Source of the DNA: Octopus bimaculoides | Taxonomy: Eukaryota | Direction: 5' to 3' | DNA: 37,290 nucleotides | Assembly (NCBI RefSeq): GCF_001194135.2 | Contig: NC_068982.1 | Span: 42,198,017-42,235,306, forward strand | Part shown: one piece after another, positions 23,590 through 35,776 of the stretch | Layout of the letters: the number at the start of each line of letters is the position of its first letter | Position numbering within the stretch: position 1 is the stretch's first letter | Made by a program: the position numbers and the translations under genes | The notes under the pieces: model-generated | The model's database searches: none | Seen by the model: only the letters and a program-made list of their open reading frames with translations | What the model was told of the DNA's origin: nothing

Positions 23590-24313
23590 GTTAGTGTTAA
23601 CAGAGCAGGGAATCCACTAAGCAGCCATAGGCCTTAAAATGAACCACGTCATCAAAATATATGTGGCCCGAAGACATGGCACAAAGCTTAATATAAGTGG
23701 GAAGAGATGAAATCGAGGAAGTAAAGTGGTTTGTTTGGGCCACACATTGATTATGCGGAAAGACATGGACACTGAGATCTCGGAAAGAATAAGGGCAGGA
23801 TGGAAAGCATGTACAGCCATAAATGATGTGCTCAAAGCAAAACTGGATAAGTGCATACGTACCTGTCTCTTCAATAGCACTGCCCTTACTTGCGCTCTTA
23901 TATGCAGGTAAGACGTAGGTTACTACGAAAAAGGAAAAACATTGGCTACGACACAAGTGACTACTACACAAGTGACTACGACACAAGTGGCTATGACACA
24001 AGTGGCTACGACACAAGTGGCTACGACACAAACGGCTATGGGAAGATGCGAGATAGGAATGTCATTGCGAGAACATATCCCAGATGAGATTCGAAATCGA
24101 AGCAGAGTGAACAACGTGACCGCAGAATATCGAAAGCACAAGTGCAGTTGCCGAGTGGTATGCAAGAGATCGGAAAAGGCCGCTCGGAAGGCCTCCGTGA
24201 AGATGGAAAGACGACTTAGCAAAACAGTTTGAGCCAAGAGATGAGAAAGAATGGAACGATCAAGGAGCGCATTGTGTCCAGCTGTGTATACAACATGTGA
24301 TAGTCCGGTCGAT
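23590..24313 (+). mobile_element. RTE-clade LINE, 3' part of RT ORF, degraded
   Basis: DTEISERIRAGWKA..INDVLKAKLDK...LFNSTAL, ATTQ.AMGRCEIGMSLREHI.DEIRNRSRV..V.AEYRKHK and RKRPLGRPP*RWKDD are RTE C-terminal motifs. Confidence 0.85.
23943..24032 (+). repeat. 15-bp minisatellite, 6 copies (tggctacgacacaag)
   Basis: Units start at 23943, 23958, 23973, 23988, 24003 and 24018; each differs from consensus at 0-2 positions. Confidence 0.95.
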
Positions 24314-24375
24314 ATAGATGATGCACACACATACACACACACACAGACACACGCACGCACGTACACACACATGCA

Positions 24376-24459
24376 TTAAATTTTACTGGGAAAAGTTCTA
24401 CAGTGACTTCGAACTTTCTGCTTTGAAGTCACCGTGAACGTTTTCCCTGTAGAAATTAA
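24376..24459 (+). ncRNA. Candidate pre-miRNA-like hairpin (or tiny MITE)
   Basis: About 35 bp imperfect stem (ttttactgggaaaagttctacagtgacttcgaa / tttgaagtcaccgtgaacgttttccctgtagaaa) with an 8-nt loop and G-U pairs on the + strand; TTAA at both ends. Confidence 0.35.
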
Positions 24460-24495
24460 TGTGCTCTACTAAAATGTATTGTCATAATCCTTACC

Positions 24496-24687
<192 letters not shown>

Positions 24688-26501
24688 GCTGGATACCTAT
24701 CTATTTTTATATATGTATCTATAGATATCGAACTGTGTGCATAAGACCTTGCATTACCTCAGATATGAAGGAAACACAATTCAGGCTGTATACTACAAAC
24801 AGATGTACACCAGCTGCGTCAAATGAAATATTGGTTACAAGACAGATTGTAGCCAGTATTCCCTGTTCTCCATAGCGCAACATGCTACAGATTAATACGC
24901 ACACTAAAGTCCTTTAAACATTGTCATTCGACCCTAAAAGTTTGTTTTTACATCATACATACTGAATGCAGCATCAGAAAAAAAAAGTATCTGGCATTTT
25001 GCTGCAAAACTGAACCCCCCCCCCCNNNNNNNNNNNNNNNNNNNNNNNNNNNNNNNNNNNNNNNNNNNNNNNNNNNNNNNNNNNNNNNNNNNNNNNNNNN
25101 NNNNNNNNNNNNNNNNNNNNNNNNNNNNNNNNNNNNNNNNNNNNNNNNNNNNNNNNNNNNNNNNNNNNNNNNNNNNNNNNNNNNNNNNNNNNNNNNNNNN
25201 NNNNNNNNNNNNNNNNNNNNNNNNNNNNNNNNNNNNNNNNNNNNNNNNNNNNNNNNNNNNNNNNNNNNNNNNNNNNNNNNNNNNNNNNNNNNNNNNNNNN
25301 NNNNNNNNNNNNNNNNNNNNNNNNNNNNNNNNNNNNNNNNNNNNNNNNNNNNNNNNNNNNNNNNNNNNNNNNNNNNNNNNNNNNNNNNNNNNNNNNNNNN
25401 NNNNNNNNNNNNNNNNNNNNNNNNNNNNNNNNNNNNNNNNNNNNNNNNNNNNNNNNNNNNNNNNNNNNNNNNNNNNNNNNNNNNNNNNNNNNNNNNNNNN
25501 NNNNNNNNNNNNNNNNNNNNNNNNNNNNNNNNNNNNNNNNNNNNNNNNNNNNNNNNNNNNNNNNNNNNNNNNNNNNNNNNNNNNNNNNNNNNNNNNNNNN
25601 NNNNNNNNNNNNNNNNNNNNNNNNNNNNNNNNNNNNNNNNNNNNNNNNNNNNNNNNNNNNNNNNNNNNNNNNNNNNNNNNNNNNNNNNNNNNNNNNNNNN
25701 NNNNNNNNNNNNNNNNNNNNNNNNNNNNNNNNNNNNNNNNNNNNNNNNNNNNNNNNNNNNNNNNNNNNNNNNNNNNNNNNNNNNNNNNNNNNNNNNNNNN
25801 NNNNNNNNNNNNNNNNNNNNNNNNNAATTCAGAATATGTCAGCAGTTTGGAGAGAATTTAAACAAATAAATAAATGAATATTTCTTTTCGAAAATACAAG
25901 GAAGAAGACATTTTACTTTAGAAACCTGACTGAAAATATTAGCTTTGAAATTTTCCCTTTGCTTTCTTATATTTTCTCTTACCAACGTTTTTAGTAGATC
26001 TAGGGTAAAAAACGAAGCTGGATATAGCTCGAAACACAAGAAAGATACCAGATCCCTTGACTCTTTATATGAAGAAAAAAAAAAAAAGAATACTTGGAAT
26101 AAAATAAAGCTTATAAAATAAAATAAAACAAAATAGTATTAAAATAAAATAAATAAACATAGAAATATATGTGTCTATTCGCTGAAGAGAGACTGTTACA
26201 AAACGGTGGTAAAGTTTATTGATATAAACATTTAGACAAGCAGGGGCAGATAACCTATAGCAATTAAATAAAACATTTTTTTATATATATATAGAGAGAC
26301 AAAAAAGACGATGAAAAGAAACCAAATAAATCCAGAGAAAATCAAATAATAAATAAAATGTAACAGTAATACTATACAAATTAAATAAAGCAAAACAAAA
26401 TACTTGTAAACACTGAAAGATTAAATTTACGTCAGTATGCTTTAAATTACAACAGTACATATCCATTAGTGTGAGGTCCAGTGGATCAAAGGAACTGAGT
26501 T

Positions 26502-26548
<47 letters not shown>

Positions 26549-26559
26549 GTATATATATG

Positions 26560-26621
<62 letters not shown>

Positions 26622-26793
26622 ATGTATATGTAGAAACGGAATAAAGTTAACATGTGTGAGTATGTGTGTATCCGTGTGTGATTCTGTGTATGTATATACT
26701 CATAAAAACACACAAGTTTGTATGTATTTTCTGATAACAAGAGAAAAAGTTGCCCTGAAGTTGTCCACTTATACACTCACACATATGCACACA

Positions 26794-26842
<49 letters not shown>

Positions 26843-27974
26843 NNNNNNNNNNNNNNNNNNNNNNNNNNNNNNNNNNNNNNNNNNNNNNNNNNNNNNNNNN
26901 NNNNNNNNNNNNNNNNNNNNNNNNNNNNNNNNNNNNNNNNNNNNNNNNNNNNNNNNNNNNNNNNNNNNNNNNNNNNNNNNNNNNNNNNNNNNNNNNNNNN
27001 NNNNNNNNNNNNNNNNNNNNNNNNNNNNNNNNNNNNNNNNNNNNNNNNNNNNNNNNNNNNNNNNNNNNNNNNNNNNNNNNNNNNNNNNNNNNNNNNNNNN
27101 NNNNNNNNNNNNNNNNNNNNNNNNNNNNNNNNNNNNNNNNNNNNNNNNNNNNNNNNNNNNNNNNNNNNNNNNNNNNNNNNNNNNNNNNNNNNNNNNNNNN
27201 NNNNNNNNNNNNNNNNNNNNNNNNNNNNNNNNNNNNNNNNNNNNNNNNTATATATATATACGTATAAACATACATACATATATATACGTATAAACATACA
27301 TATATGGTTTTTACACGCATACACACACATAAGTATATATTTCTGAATTTCTGATACCATCGAGTGTGTATGTGTGCATATTTATGTATGTATTTATGTA
27401 TGTATGTATGTATGCATGTATGTTTGTATGTATGTATGTATGTATGTATGTATGTATGTATGTATGTATCTATTTGTGTGTGATTACGTGCATGTGTGTG
27501 CGTATATGGTTGTGTGTGTGTGTGCGCGCGAGTGCGCTCACGCATGCAACCGTGTGAGTGTTCTTGACTTCCTTTTTGTACGTTGGCAGGAATGAGATAT
27601 TTGTTTATTGTATGCATTACGTGACGTACAACTGTGCATAATTAGTTGTAGCTCAACGTCAACAGCGTTTATTAAAAGTTAGACTATTGTTGTTCATATG
27701 TTTGTTGCTATGGATGATTGTGATTATGGAAGTGATGATGATGATGATGATGATGTAACGGTGATGATGATCAAGACGCTAAGAGGACGATGGCGATGAT
27801 GATAGTGGTGGTGGGAGGGATGATTCTGTTTGTGGTGATGTTGAGTGCTATGAAATCTGTATCAACATAATTCCAGACATAACAAGAATAACAAAGATAA
27901 TTTATAATTACGTCAAGTATTTTCACTAGCGTCACCACGACAACCACTGTCACCCCCCACCACCGCTTCAACAC

Positions 27975-30700
27975 CCTTTGTTCCCGTTTTGGCCCTAAAG
28001 CACCATTGCTACCCGACTGGTAAGAACTTGGGATACACCTGTTCTGTTGTCATTTGCAGTAGACGTTTGGCATATATGCGTAAAGCAAATTGACCAAATC
28101 ACCCAATGCAGGTGATTTGTGCCTTGTACAACTCGTCATCACATCCCGTAACTCAGATGTTCGTATCGGCTTTTTGCAGCGCACCGTATCTTCTACCGAA
28201 AGCCCAGGCAGGCAGTAAAGTCAACAACTGTCCCTGTCTCAACACCCAACACAAACAATTGACCAAACGTTTTTGAAAAACCGACTATATCTAATTAGAA
28301 TTGCATAGAAAGCGCCCATCCTGGTCCATCGTAGACCGAATTGTGACATTGCCGCTACATTGCGCCTCTGCTACCCGGGCCCATCGAACGGCATTCTTCC
28401 CTCAAGCCTTAGCTTCGATAACGCTGCCTTCTTGTTTCGAGTCAAAGAAATAGACGAGAGCTATTCTCACAGCTAGCACGTCGCTCCCGATATCTTTCCT
28501 AATCGCCTTTTAATCATTAATTCCAACTTTAATCTATTTTTCTCTATAACTTGTCTTTACTAAAACTTACTGATCGCTCCTTTCAGAGTGCCTCACTACT
28601 GGTTCTTGACGATTACCTCTGATTACCTTCTTGACTATTATCTCTGTCAGCTGCTGGTCTTTATGAGTTTACGCACCAGGAACCCCACGTTCAGCTTCCA
28701 GAAGCTGGATCTCTGTCTACGATTTCTATCTAGGTCGATCACACAGGTAACAAACTGGAGAAATACTACATTATTCCCGTCCATTGACCGAATAAATACC
28801 TTAACCAAATACGATTTTTGAGACCTCATACAATCACTCCATGTAACATTGGAACGTTCAGATAATCCAGTCGGTACTTATCGGGCGGATAGAAACGTCT
28901 GAGCAGGTTTGCGTGGCTGTTGTTGCATTTCTCTCTCTCATTTCGGTTAGACCCTTTCCAGCTCGTTGTGCATATTAAATACTTTTGCAGTTACCCACTA
29001 GTTCTTAACAACGAGATGTTCCCACGAACATTTCCAGAGTCCTAAAGAAATCTGACCGAATGAACCCTATCATAGCATTGACGTCCACAAGTCTGAGGAC
29101 ACTGCTTTGACTGTTTTATACAACCTGGACCTCCGACATACCATCCAGTCCAGAAAGATTGTCTGTATCTTGAGACCATTCTAGAATAACACTGCCACTC
29201 TTCCTGCCAAAGGTCAAAGATAGGGGCCAGTGAGTGCATGTCAAAAATCCTAGTCTTATTGGCTGCTACCACAGCTATATCTAGTGAATCGAGGTGATTC
29301 AGTAGGTAAAACTCTTTCCAAAAGTGACTCCAACCCGCGTACTTTTATATATTCTACCCTGAGTGAGATCGTGTTTGTCGAAGAAAGGATAGCTAGAAAG
29401 GTTACTCACTTAGGTTTTAGGGAAGTCCGGTCAGTTAATTCTTGACAGTTGAATGGAGTTCCTCGACAAGCCCGTTTTACAGTTTGTTTAGCCTCTTAGA
29501 AAAGCTTGCATCTCCACCTAGGAATTAAACTTTTGGGCTTCTGTAAGAGTCCTCTGTTAACCCTCACCTTCCGTTTGTATTTTGTTTATGTCCTTCAGTA
29601 ATAGATTTGTTGTTAACAACAGTCTACTTCACATCTCGGCTCTTGTGTGCGTTTCATTGTTGTTGGTGTAGTTGTGATTGTTGGTGTTGTTTGTGTGGGT
29701 GTATGAATTTTTTTATCGAGGTCTGTATTTCATAAAAAAAAGTCAACCAACCTGTTGTTTTTTTCTGAAGCGACGTTTTTTTTATCTTTTAACGAGTCTT
29801 TCGACTTCAGTTCGTCATACGACGAGTATTCGAATTCAAGGAAGTCTGTAACAGACGCGAAAAGTGAGCTGACTCCAGTGAGTGCGTATACTGTGTATAT
29901 TTGTCGTCTGGTAGACTTGTGTGAGGAGGGTTTCTTTAAGTTGCGAAGGTGTTGGCGATAACGTATTCTGCGTTATAGTGAGTGTTTGTATTTCAGCTAT
30001 TGGTGCTGCTATTGAGTTGCTACTGATATCAATGCCTTTGCTGCAAATTTCAATGCTATTGCTGCTGGTACTGCTGTTATTGATGTTGCTGCTTCTGTTC
30101 CTTGATGTTTTTGTGACAATGGCGTCGGCAATACTAGAGTGTCTTTCTCCTCTCCATCTCTTTTGCTGTGGAGAGAAAGTCGTTAAAGGATCACCGCATA
30201 AGTGACACCTATGTTTTCTGCTCTCTACTGTTACGAATAGTTTTAAGTCACCAAGCTTATCTAGACTACTAATGGTTTTCGTCTCCGTTATTTCCTTTGG
30301 AATTCTGTTTTAATTTTTGTATTCCTTAAGAAAATATTATATTGTGTTTCATTATCTCGAACTTTTGTACTAAGGTAGATAGCTTTCATTTTGTACTTTA
30401 TTGTTTTCTTATGTATATATGCAGACAATATATATATTTTATCAAATCAATCAGTTTCTTTTGCTTGTTTCTATTTTCCTAGGTCTATTGTCATTATTTG
30501 TAGTAGTTCTCTGTTTGTGTGAACCTGCGTCCTTCCGTATTAACTACACGGTAGGCGCATAGTATCCATATTGGCTATGGGTAGTTCTGTTCTGATTATT
30601 TACCTTCAGTGTCTTGTCTAACTCAATGTTCACAGTTTTAGTTAATTTGTTTGTTCTTAAAGTAGCTTAGCATATTTGTCAAGTCTGTATACGTATTTAA
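27975..30700 (-). mobile_element. Degraded L1/Tx1-like LINE (ORF1 remnant, APE endonuclease and start of RT)
   Basis: Minus-strand peptides: KLFVTVESRKHRCHLCGD (ORF1 knuckle-like, about 30190-30245); IKVRGLESLLERVYLLNHLDSLDIAVVAANKTR (APE N-terminus, about 29255-29350); SFWKLNVGFL (about 28680-28710); SELRDVMTSCTRHKSP and VYCK*QQNRCIP (pre-RT, about 28040-28157). Many stops. Boundaries approximate. Confidence 0.75.
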
Positions 30701-30799
30701 AAAAAATCCTGGGACTGAATTTATGTACTATCTTTAGTAGGTTATCCAGCAGGATATTGTCACATGTAAATAGCTTAGTTTCAAGTTATCATTATACAA

Positions 30800-31290
30800 A
30801 GATGATATATAATTCTCCGTAGTAATTATAACCATAGGTGGCTGCATTTATCATATTTGTTAATGGGGTCATAGCTAGGCAGAAGAGTAGAGAGTGGGGA
30901 GGCGTATTTCTGAATGATTCATTCACTTATATAGCATTGGTTTTAATAATCTATTCGCCTTGTAATAACGTGCCTGTTTTACTTCTTGATATGATATGCT
31001 TGAAGTTTTGTATTAGTATTGGAGTTGCTTTATTAGTACGGAGTGTCTCCAATATCCAAGAGTGTGGTAACCTATCAAATGCTTTTCGGTAATCAAACCA
31101 AGTCATATTAATGTTTCTCTTAAATCTTTTTGCTTTATTCGATAATACTTCTGTCCACCATTAGCTTTCTTTACAGCCAAATATCACTTTTCGGCGCCAT
31201 TGCTGTTCCTCCAATAAGATGTTATTACAACCGTCTGTTGTAGGACGTAGATGCAAAGGATTTGTATGTTCATTACTATTTATCATAAAG
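30800..31290 (-). mobile_element. R4/Dong-like non-LTR reverse transcriptase fragment
   Basis: LLEEQQ..RK..FGCKE, NINMTWFDYRKAFDRLPHSWILETL and LLFCLAMTPL match the WIDYKKAFDSVPHSWI and PLLFCLALNPL motifs of R4-clade RT. Confidence 0.75.
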
Positions 31291-31574
31291 AATGATGAGA
31301 GAAAAATGTAATGACACTTTACTATAATCCTTCTGACATTTTATACTAGTGTCGCGTAGTTTGCCTAGATAACAATCTTTTAGGGGATTTTCCATGACCG
31401 TTAACGTACCAGACATACCAAATTTTTTATTGAATTTTAGAATTTAGAATTTTCACGATGCAGACATGTCGTGATGGAAATTTTTTCACTGTTCCGCATC
31501 GTTTCGAATAAATAGGTTAACAACTTTTTGATAAATGAAAATTCGAGATTTTCACGACCGACAATCGGTCTTAA

Positions 31575-33694
31575 CACTGGGGAACAAAACTTTTGTTGCA
31601 TTGATACTTATGTTTGTTCTTACCTAATTTGGGTATACTGAATTAAAATCTGGAGTCAGATGTTCTCTATAAGCTAAAAACTTCTTGCAATTCAGATTTT
31701 TGATTCATTACAGAATTTTGACACCTTTGAATAATTCCATTTTCTATCTTAGGGATTTATGGCCATACTATATTAAATTTGGGCTTGAAACAACCATTCA
31801 GGCAAAAAAATTAAAGTATTTATTGTTAACAGCTTTCATTATAATACATACCAAAGCTGGAAATAAAGTCAAGAAACGACTAATGAAATAATGTCTCAAA
31901 TATTTCCTATTCCAGCATGAATTTTCGTTTGCAGCTCTTGCGTCTATACACTTTGTCAGGGTAATCCCGTTTGATACCCCAACAGTAGTCTGCCATTACA
32001 TCTTTGTTCCAGCGCCCTTGATAACGCTCTTCTATCGTCATGAGGTCTTGATGGAAGCGCCCTCCATTTTTATCACTGACAGCTCCAAGGCTCTCAAGTT
32101 TAACACTAATGTTGCATCCAAGATCGCGAAAGACCAACTGCATTTTAGCAATTAAAACCTCATAGTTATCTGCCTTTTTGTTATCAGGAAAGTATTGTTT
32201 TATAATGCCCCAAATGACGGCCACGCTTTCTTTTCCTTTTCATTCATCTTCCTGACAAATTCCCTCATCACGTACAAAGTCACAACTTCAAGGTCCATCA
32301 AATACGTCAGCTTTGATTTTCTCGAACGACAAGGTAAGAAAAGCAGAAACTATGTGCTGTAAAAATTCACTACCAGTACTCAATGCTTTGACAAACTGCT
32401 TCATCAAGCCATGCTAAATGTGGAGTGGTGGGGAATTATATCTAGGATGACGATAGAGTCATTCACAATGTTTAACACGCCGGCTTTCAGAGTTTCACGG
32501 ATTGACCATTCCTTCTGGTTCCAGTGTTTGTCTTGAGTTTGACTGTCCTACATGCAAAGTTAGCATGGAAACTTAGAGAAACGTTTCTGTCACCCAAGGA
32601 GGAACTTGACCACTTTTAGATCCACACAATGATCCAGTTGTGCTTGTGATATTTGAGTATTTCAATTGCCATTTTCATATCGTCATGGGGTTCACGCAAG
32701 TGCATCAAGTGATCAACTGAGGAAGTGCCAAAGACATTGTCGTTATGCATTTGAGGTTGCACTTAGAATTATCCAAAAACAATCTCCATTTTGTAGGGTT
32801 ATACTGAGAAATGCCTAACTGTGTAAGAAGGCCTGGGATATCGTAGCGGTAAACAAATTGCTTGCCATCTGAAAAAAAAAAATAAAATAAAATAAAACTA
32901 CTCCCGCATTTTGAAATATAGGAGTTTTGCAAGAAGATTTTTTTTCCATTTAGCCTGGAGGTTAGTCCCGCTGCTTTCTTGGAGAGTGCCAAATCACATA
33001 CTAAGTAATTCAGTTCTGTCTGACAAAATCGATGGGGCTGATGACTGTTTGGCATTAGATGAGAAGTTTTGGGAATCTGAGATTATCTATTTAAACTCCT
33101 GATCAGCTTTACAGCTTTTATTTCCAGAGGAAGCATAACCATTAAAAACTGGAACTGGGGATTCTCCAGAATGAGGAGTAGGTCGAATTGCAGAAGAAAT
33201 ACTTGGAGAGGAGATCTTATGCCGGTTTTTCTTGCCGACACCTTTAGTGGTCAGCAGGCAAACATAGCAATCAGTTACGTAGTCCTTTGGCTCTCGCCAA
33301 ACCATAGGGACTTCACAAGGTAGAGCTTTTCGTTTTCCTTTTGTCCACTTAAGATTACTTTTCTCGCAATTATGACACACTATATGCGGAGACCACTTCT
33401 TGTCTTGGTCACCAAGGCGAACATCAAGATAGACCTAATACACATATCTAAAAAAAACGTGCTTTTATGTTGACTTGAAGAAGTCATTATTAGATATGAA
33501 ATATATACATATATATATATATCAGTTCCCAACAAATATACCAATTTCCGAAAATTCATAAAATTCAAATTGCATAAAAACTAGAACAAGCAAGCGAAAC
33601 CGATTTTAAATTTGAGCTTCGCGTTGAAAAACTACTTAGAATCAGTTGGAAAATGTCATGCAACAGCAAATGAGAAAAAAATTATTCCCCAGTG
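31575..33694 (-). mobile_element. Full-length, inactivated Chapaev3-like (CMC superfamily) DNA transposon
   Basis: TIRs cactggggaa (31575-31584) / ttccccagtg (33685-33694). TAA flanks both ends (31572-31574, 33695-33697), consistent with a 3-bp TSD. An internal transposase pseudogene lies on the minus strand. Confidence 0.85.
31907..33460 (-). pseudogene. Chapaev3-like transposase pseudogene (frameshifts, stops, deletions)
   Basis: RLGDQDKKWSPHIVCHNC, VPMVWREPKDYVTDCYVC, ELNYLVCDLALSKKAA, YNPTKWRLFLDNSK, KIKADVFDGP, LGCNISVK..SLGAVSDKNGGRFHQDLMTIEERYQGRW...MADYCWGIKRD. Family name is from recall of these motifs, not from a database search. Confidence 0.8.
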
Positions 33695-33849
33695 TAATTC
33701 ATAAATTTTCTGTTTTATATTTATATGTAATTTAGAGAATGGAAAATTTCATACTAAGGACTCCTTTTCCATATCTTTGATATTCTCCCTTTTCTATTAT
33801 TACAAACGTACGTTCTCATAACTCATTTTTTTTCTACATTTAGGGTAAA

Positions 33850-34330
33850 TACTTGGGTGCTGAAGTGTTGCTGTACTCCGTCTCCAAATACAGTAGTTGT
33901 CTCATCAAGCGGTAAAGCAGCTATGTAGATATTTCTACCCTTTCCATCACGAACCCAGAGATACCAGGGACCGTTCATCGATGTAGGCGACAAAACTCCC
34001 TCACAACTAACATGGGGTTTGCTGAATCAGATGTTGCGACTCTAAGCCAGCCGTTTCTACCATACTCAGTGTTCGTTCTTGCTGCACCACTCGTCCCCTC
34101 TCTTGAACCAGATGTAACGGCTTATTTTCTCAGCAGCTTCCGACAGTTCTCTAGCAATAATTTTTCTTATTTCTTTCGTAGCTGCTCAAAACTCCTGTAT
34201 ATCGAGTGAACGCTGATTCCAATAAATCCTCTAACGCATATTTCTACAGGAAGACATATTGTCTACCATTCATTGTTTTCACAGAGTTAAACCATCACAC
34301 CATATTTCCTATCTTTCCAGAGAAAGGCGC
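33850..34330 (-). mobile_element. HERO-like (REL-endonuclease) non-LTR retrotransposon, 3' end
   Basis: W*TICLPVEICVRGFIG (34219-34265) and, after a frameshift, RELSEAAEKISRYIWFKRGDEW match the PVEVGCRGF...AAE.AS.WLW.KR C-terminus of HERO-clade elements. Confidence 0.7.
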
Positions 34331-34728
34331 CTTCGATGTTCTATATATTAAAAACATCAACTTTTATCAACCTTTAAATGTCTTGCTATTCAAACTTTTC
34401 AGTTTCTTTGTTTGTAGCCAGCACAAGTTGGATAGCTCACGAAAAAAATAAAGAATGTATACTCGTTCTTAATGCCCAAAAATGTTGCTTTGAACTTCCT
34501 TTTTATCTATGATATCACCTAAACATAACACTAATGGAAATATCCATCAAAACCAATATTCTTCCGGTCGAAAAAAAAAAAATCATGCAGGTCTTTCTTT
34601 CTGAATTCATAAATTATGATAATTTTTTCTACACGGAATAAGAGCGGATTAGCTTCCGTCTGTTAGTGAATTACAGCTGATTCAGTCTTTATTGTTACAA
34701 ATTTCTAATAATGTTTAGTACTATGTAT

Positions 34729-35104
34729 GTGGCACTGGCACTCCGTCGCTTACAACGTCGAGGGTTCCAGTTAATCCAATCAACGGAAAAGCCTGCTCGT
34801 GAAATTAACGTGCAAGTGGCTGAGCACTCCACAGACACGTGTACCCTTAACGTAGTTCTCGGGGGTATTCAGCGTGACAAGGCTGACCCTTCGAATTACA
34901 GGCACAACAGAAACAAGAAGAAAGAGTGAGAGAAAGTTGTGGTGAAAGACTACAGCAGAGTTCGCCACCATCCCCTGCCGGAGCCTCGTGGAGCTTTAGG
35001 TGTTTTCGCTCAATAAACACTCACAACGCCCGGTCTGGGAATCGAAACCGCGATCCTATGACCGCGAGTCCGCTGCCCTGACCACTGGGCCATTGCGCCT
35101 CCAC
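34729..35104 (-). mobile_element. Full-length SINE family A copy with TSD
   Basis: Reverse complement aligns with 4065-4446. actatgtat flanks both sides (34720-34728, 35105-35113); the right copy runs into a gap. Confidence 0.92.
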
Positions 35105-35123
35105 ACTATGTATNNNNNNNNNN

Positions 35124-35375
35124 AATAGTAAATGAGTATATGCATATATACGTACAGGTATGTGCATACCGACATCCACCTGTATGTATAGGTGCATATC
35201 TGGGTACAGGACATTGCAAACAAAACGTAGACGAGAAAACACACAAGCCACATAGAGAACATTCTACTTCATCAGCTACCCCCGTTTTAACACCGGCGTT
35301 TCGAAGAGCTGGGCAGGACGCATCGTTAAAACGGCTCTTCCCATAGACCGCAAATTAAATTTGTATACACAAATT
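35124..35375. mobile_element. Interspersed repeat family E, copy 2 (longer)
   Basis: First ~115 bp near-identical to 22975-23090; continues into a segment with a gaagagc/gctcttc inverted repeat. Confidence 0.7.
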
Positions 35376-35745
35376 AGATCTTATTATATATGTGTGTGTG
35401 CGCGTGCGTGTGCGCGTGTATATAAATATATATACATTGTATACTTGTATACATTCTCACACACACGCACGGCGGGCTTTTGTAAAGTTTCCAATGACTT
35501 ATTTCTATTCACAAACCATTAGTTCATTCGCTTCTACCGATATTTACTGATTCTACCGTACAACGTGCAACGCAGTGCCATCGAAACAAACGACAGGTGT
35601 CTGAAGAACGAAATCCTGAAACACGAGGCTCTGCTTGCGCATATGTGTATTTTAAGTTTGTAGGTATATAACAGATATGTATGTAAGAATGCATGCATGT
35701 ATTTGTGCGTGCGTGTGTCTGCGTATGCGTGTGTGTGTCTGCGCA

Positions 35746-35776
<31 letters not shown>

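Noticed and set aside
23885-23915. + strand pyrimidine tract with gcag|gtaaga (recursive-site-like)
   Set aside because: It lies inside the RTE ORF and is explained by point decay of the LLYASETW codons.
24757-24875. Open frame DMKETQFRLYTTNRCTPAASNEILVTRQIVASIPCSP* after cctcag
   Set aside because: No recognisable domain; could be chance.
29921-30205. Hydrophobic 94-aa + strand ORF resembling a membrane protein
   Set aside because: It is the antisense reading of a low-complexity Ser/Asn-rich tract in the L1/Tx1-like ORF1 region.
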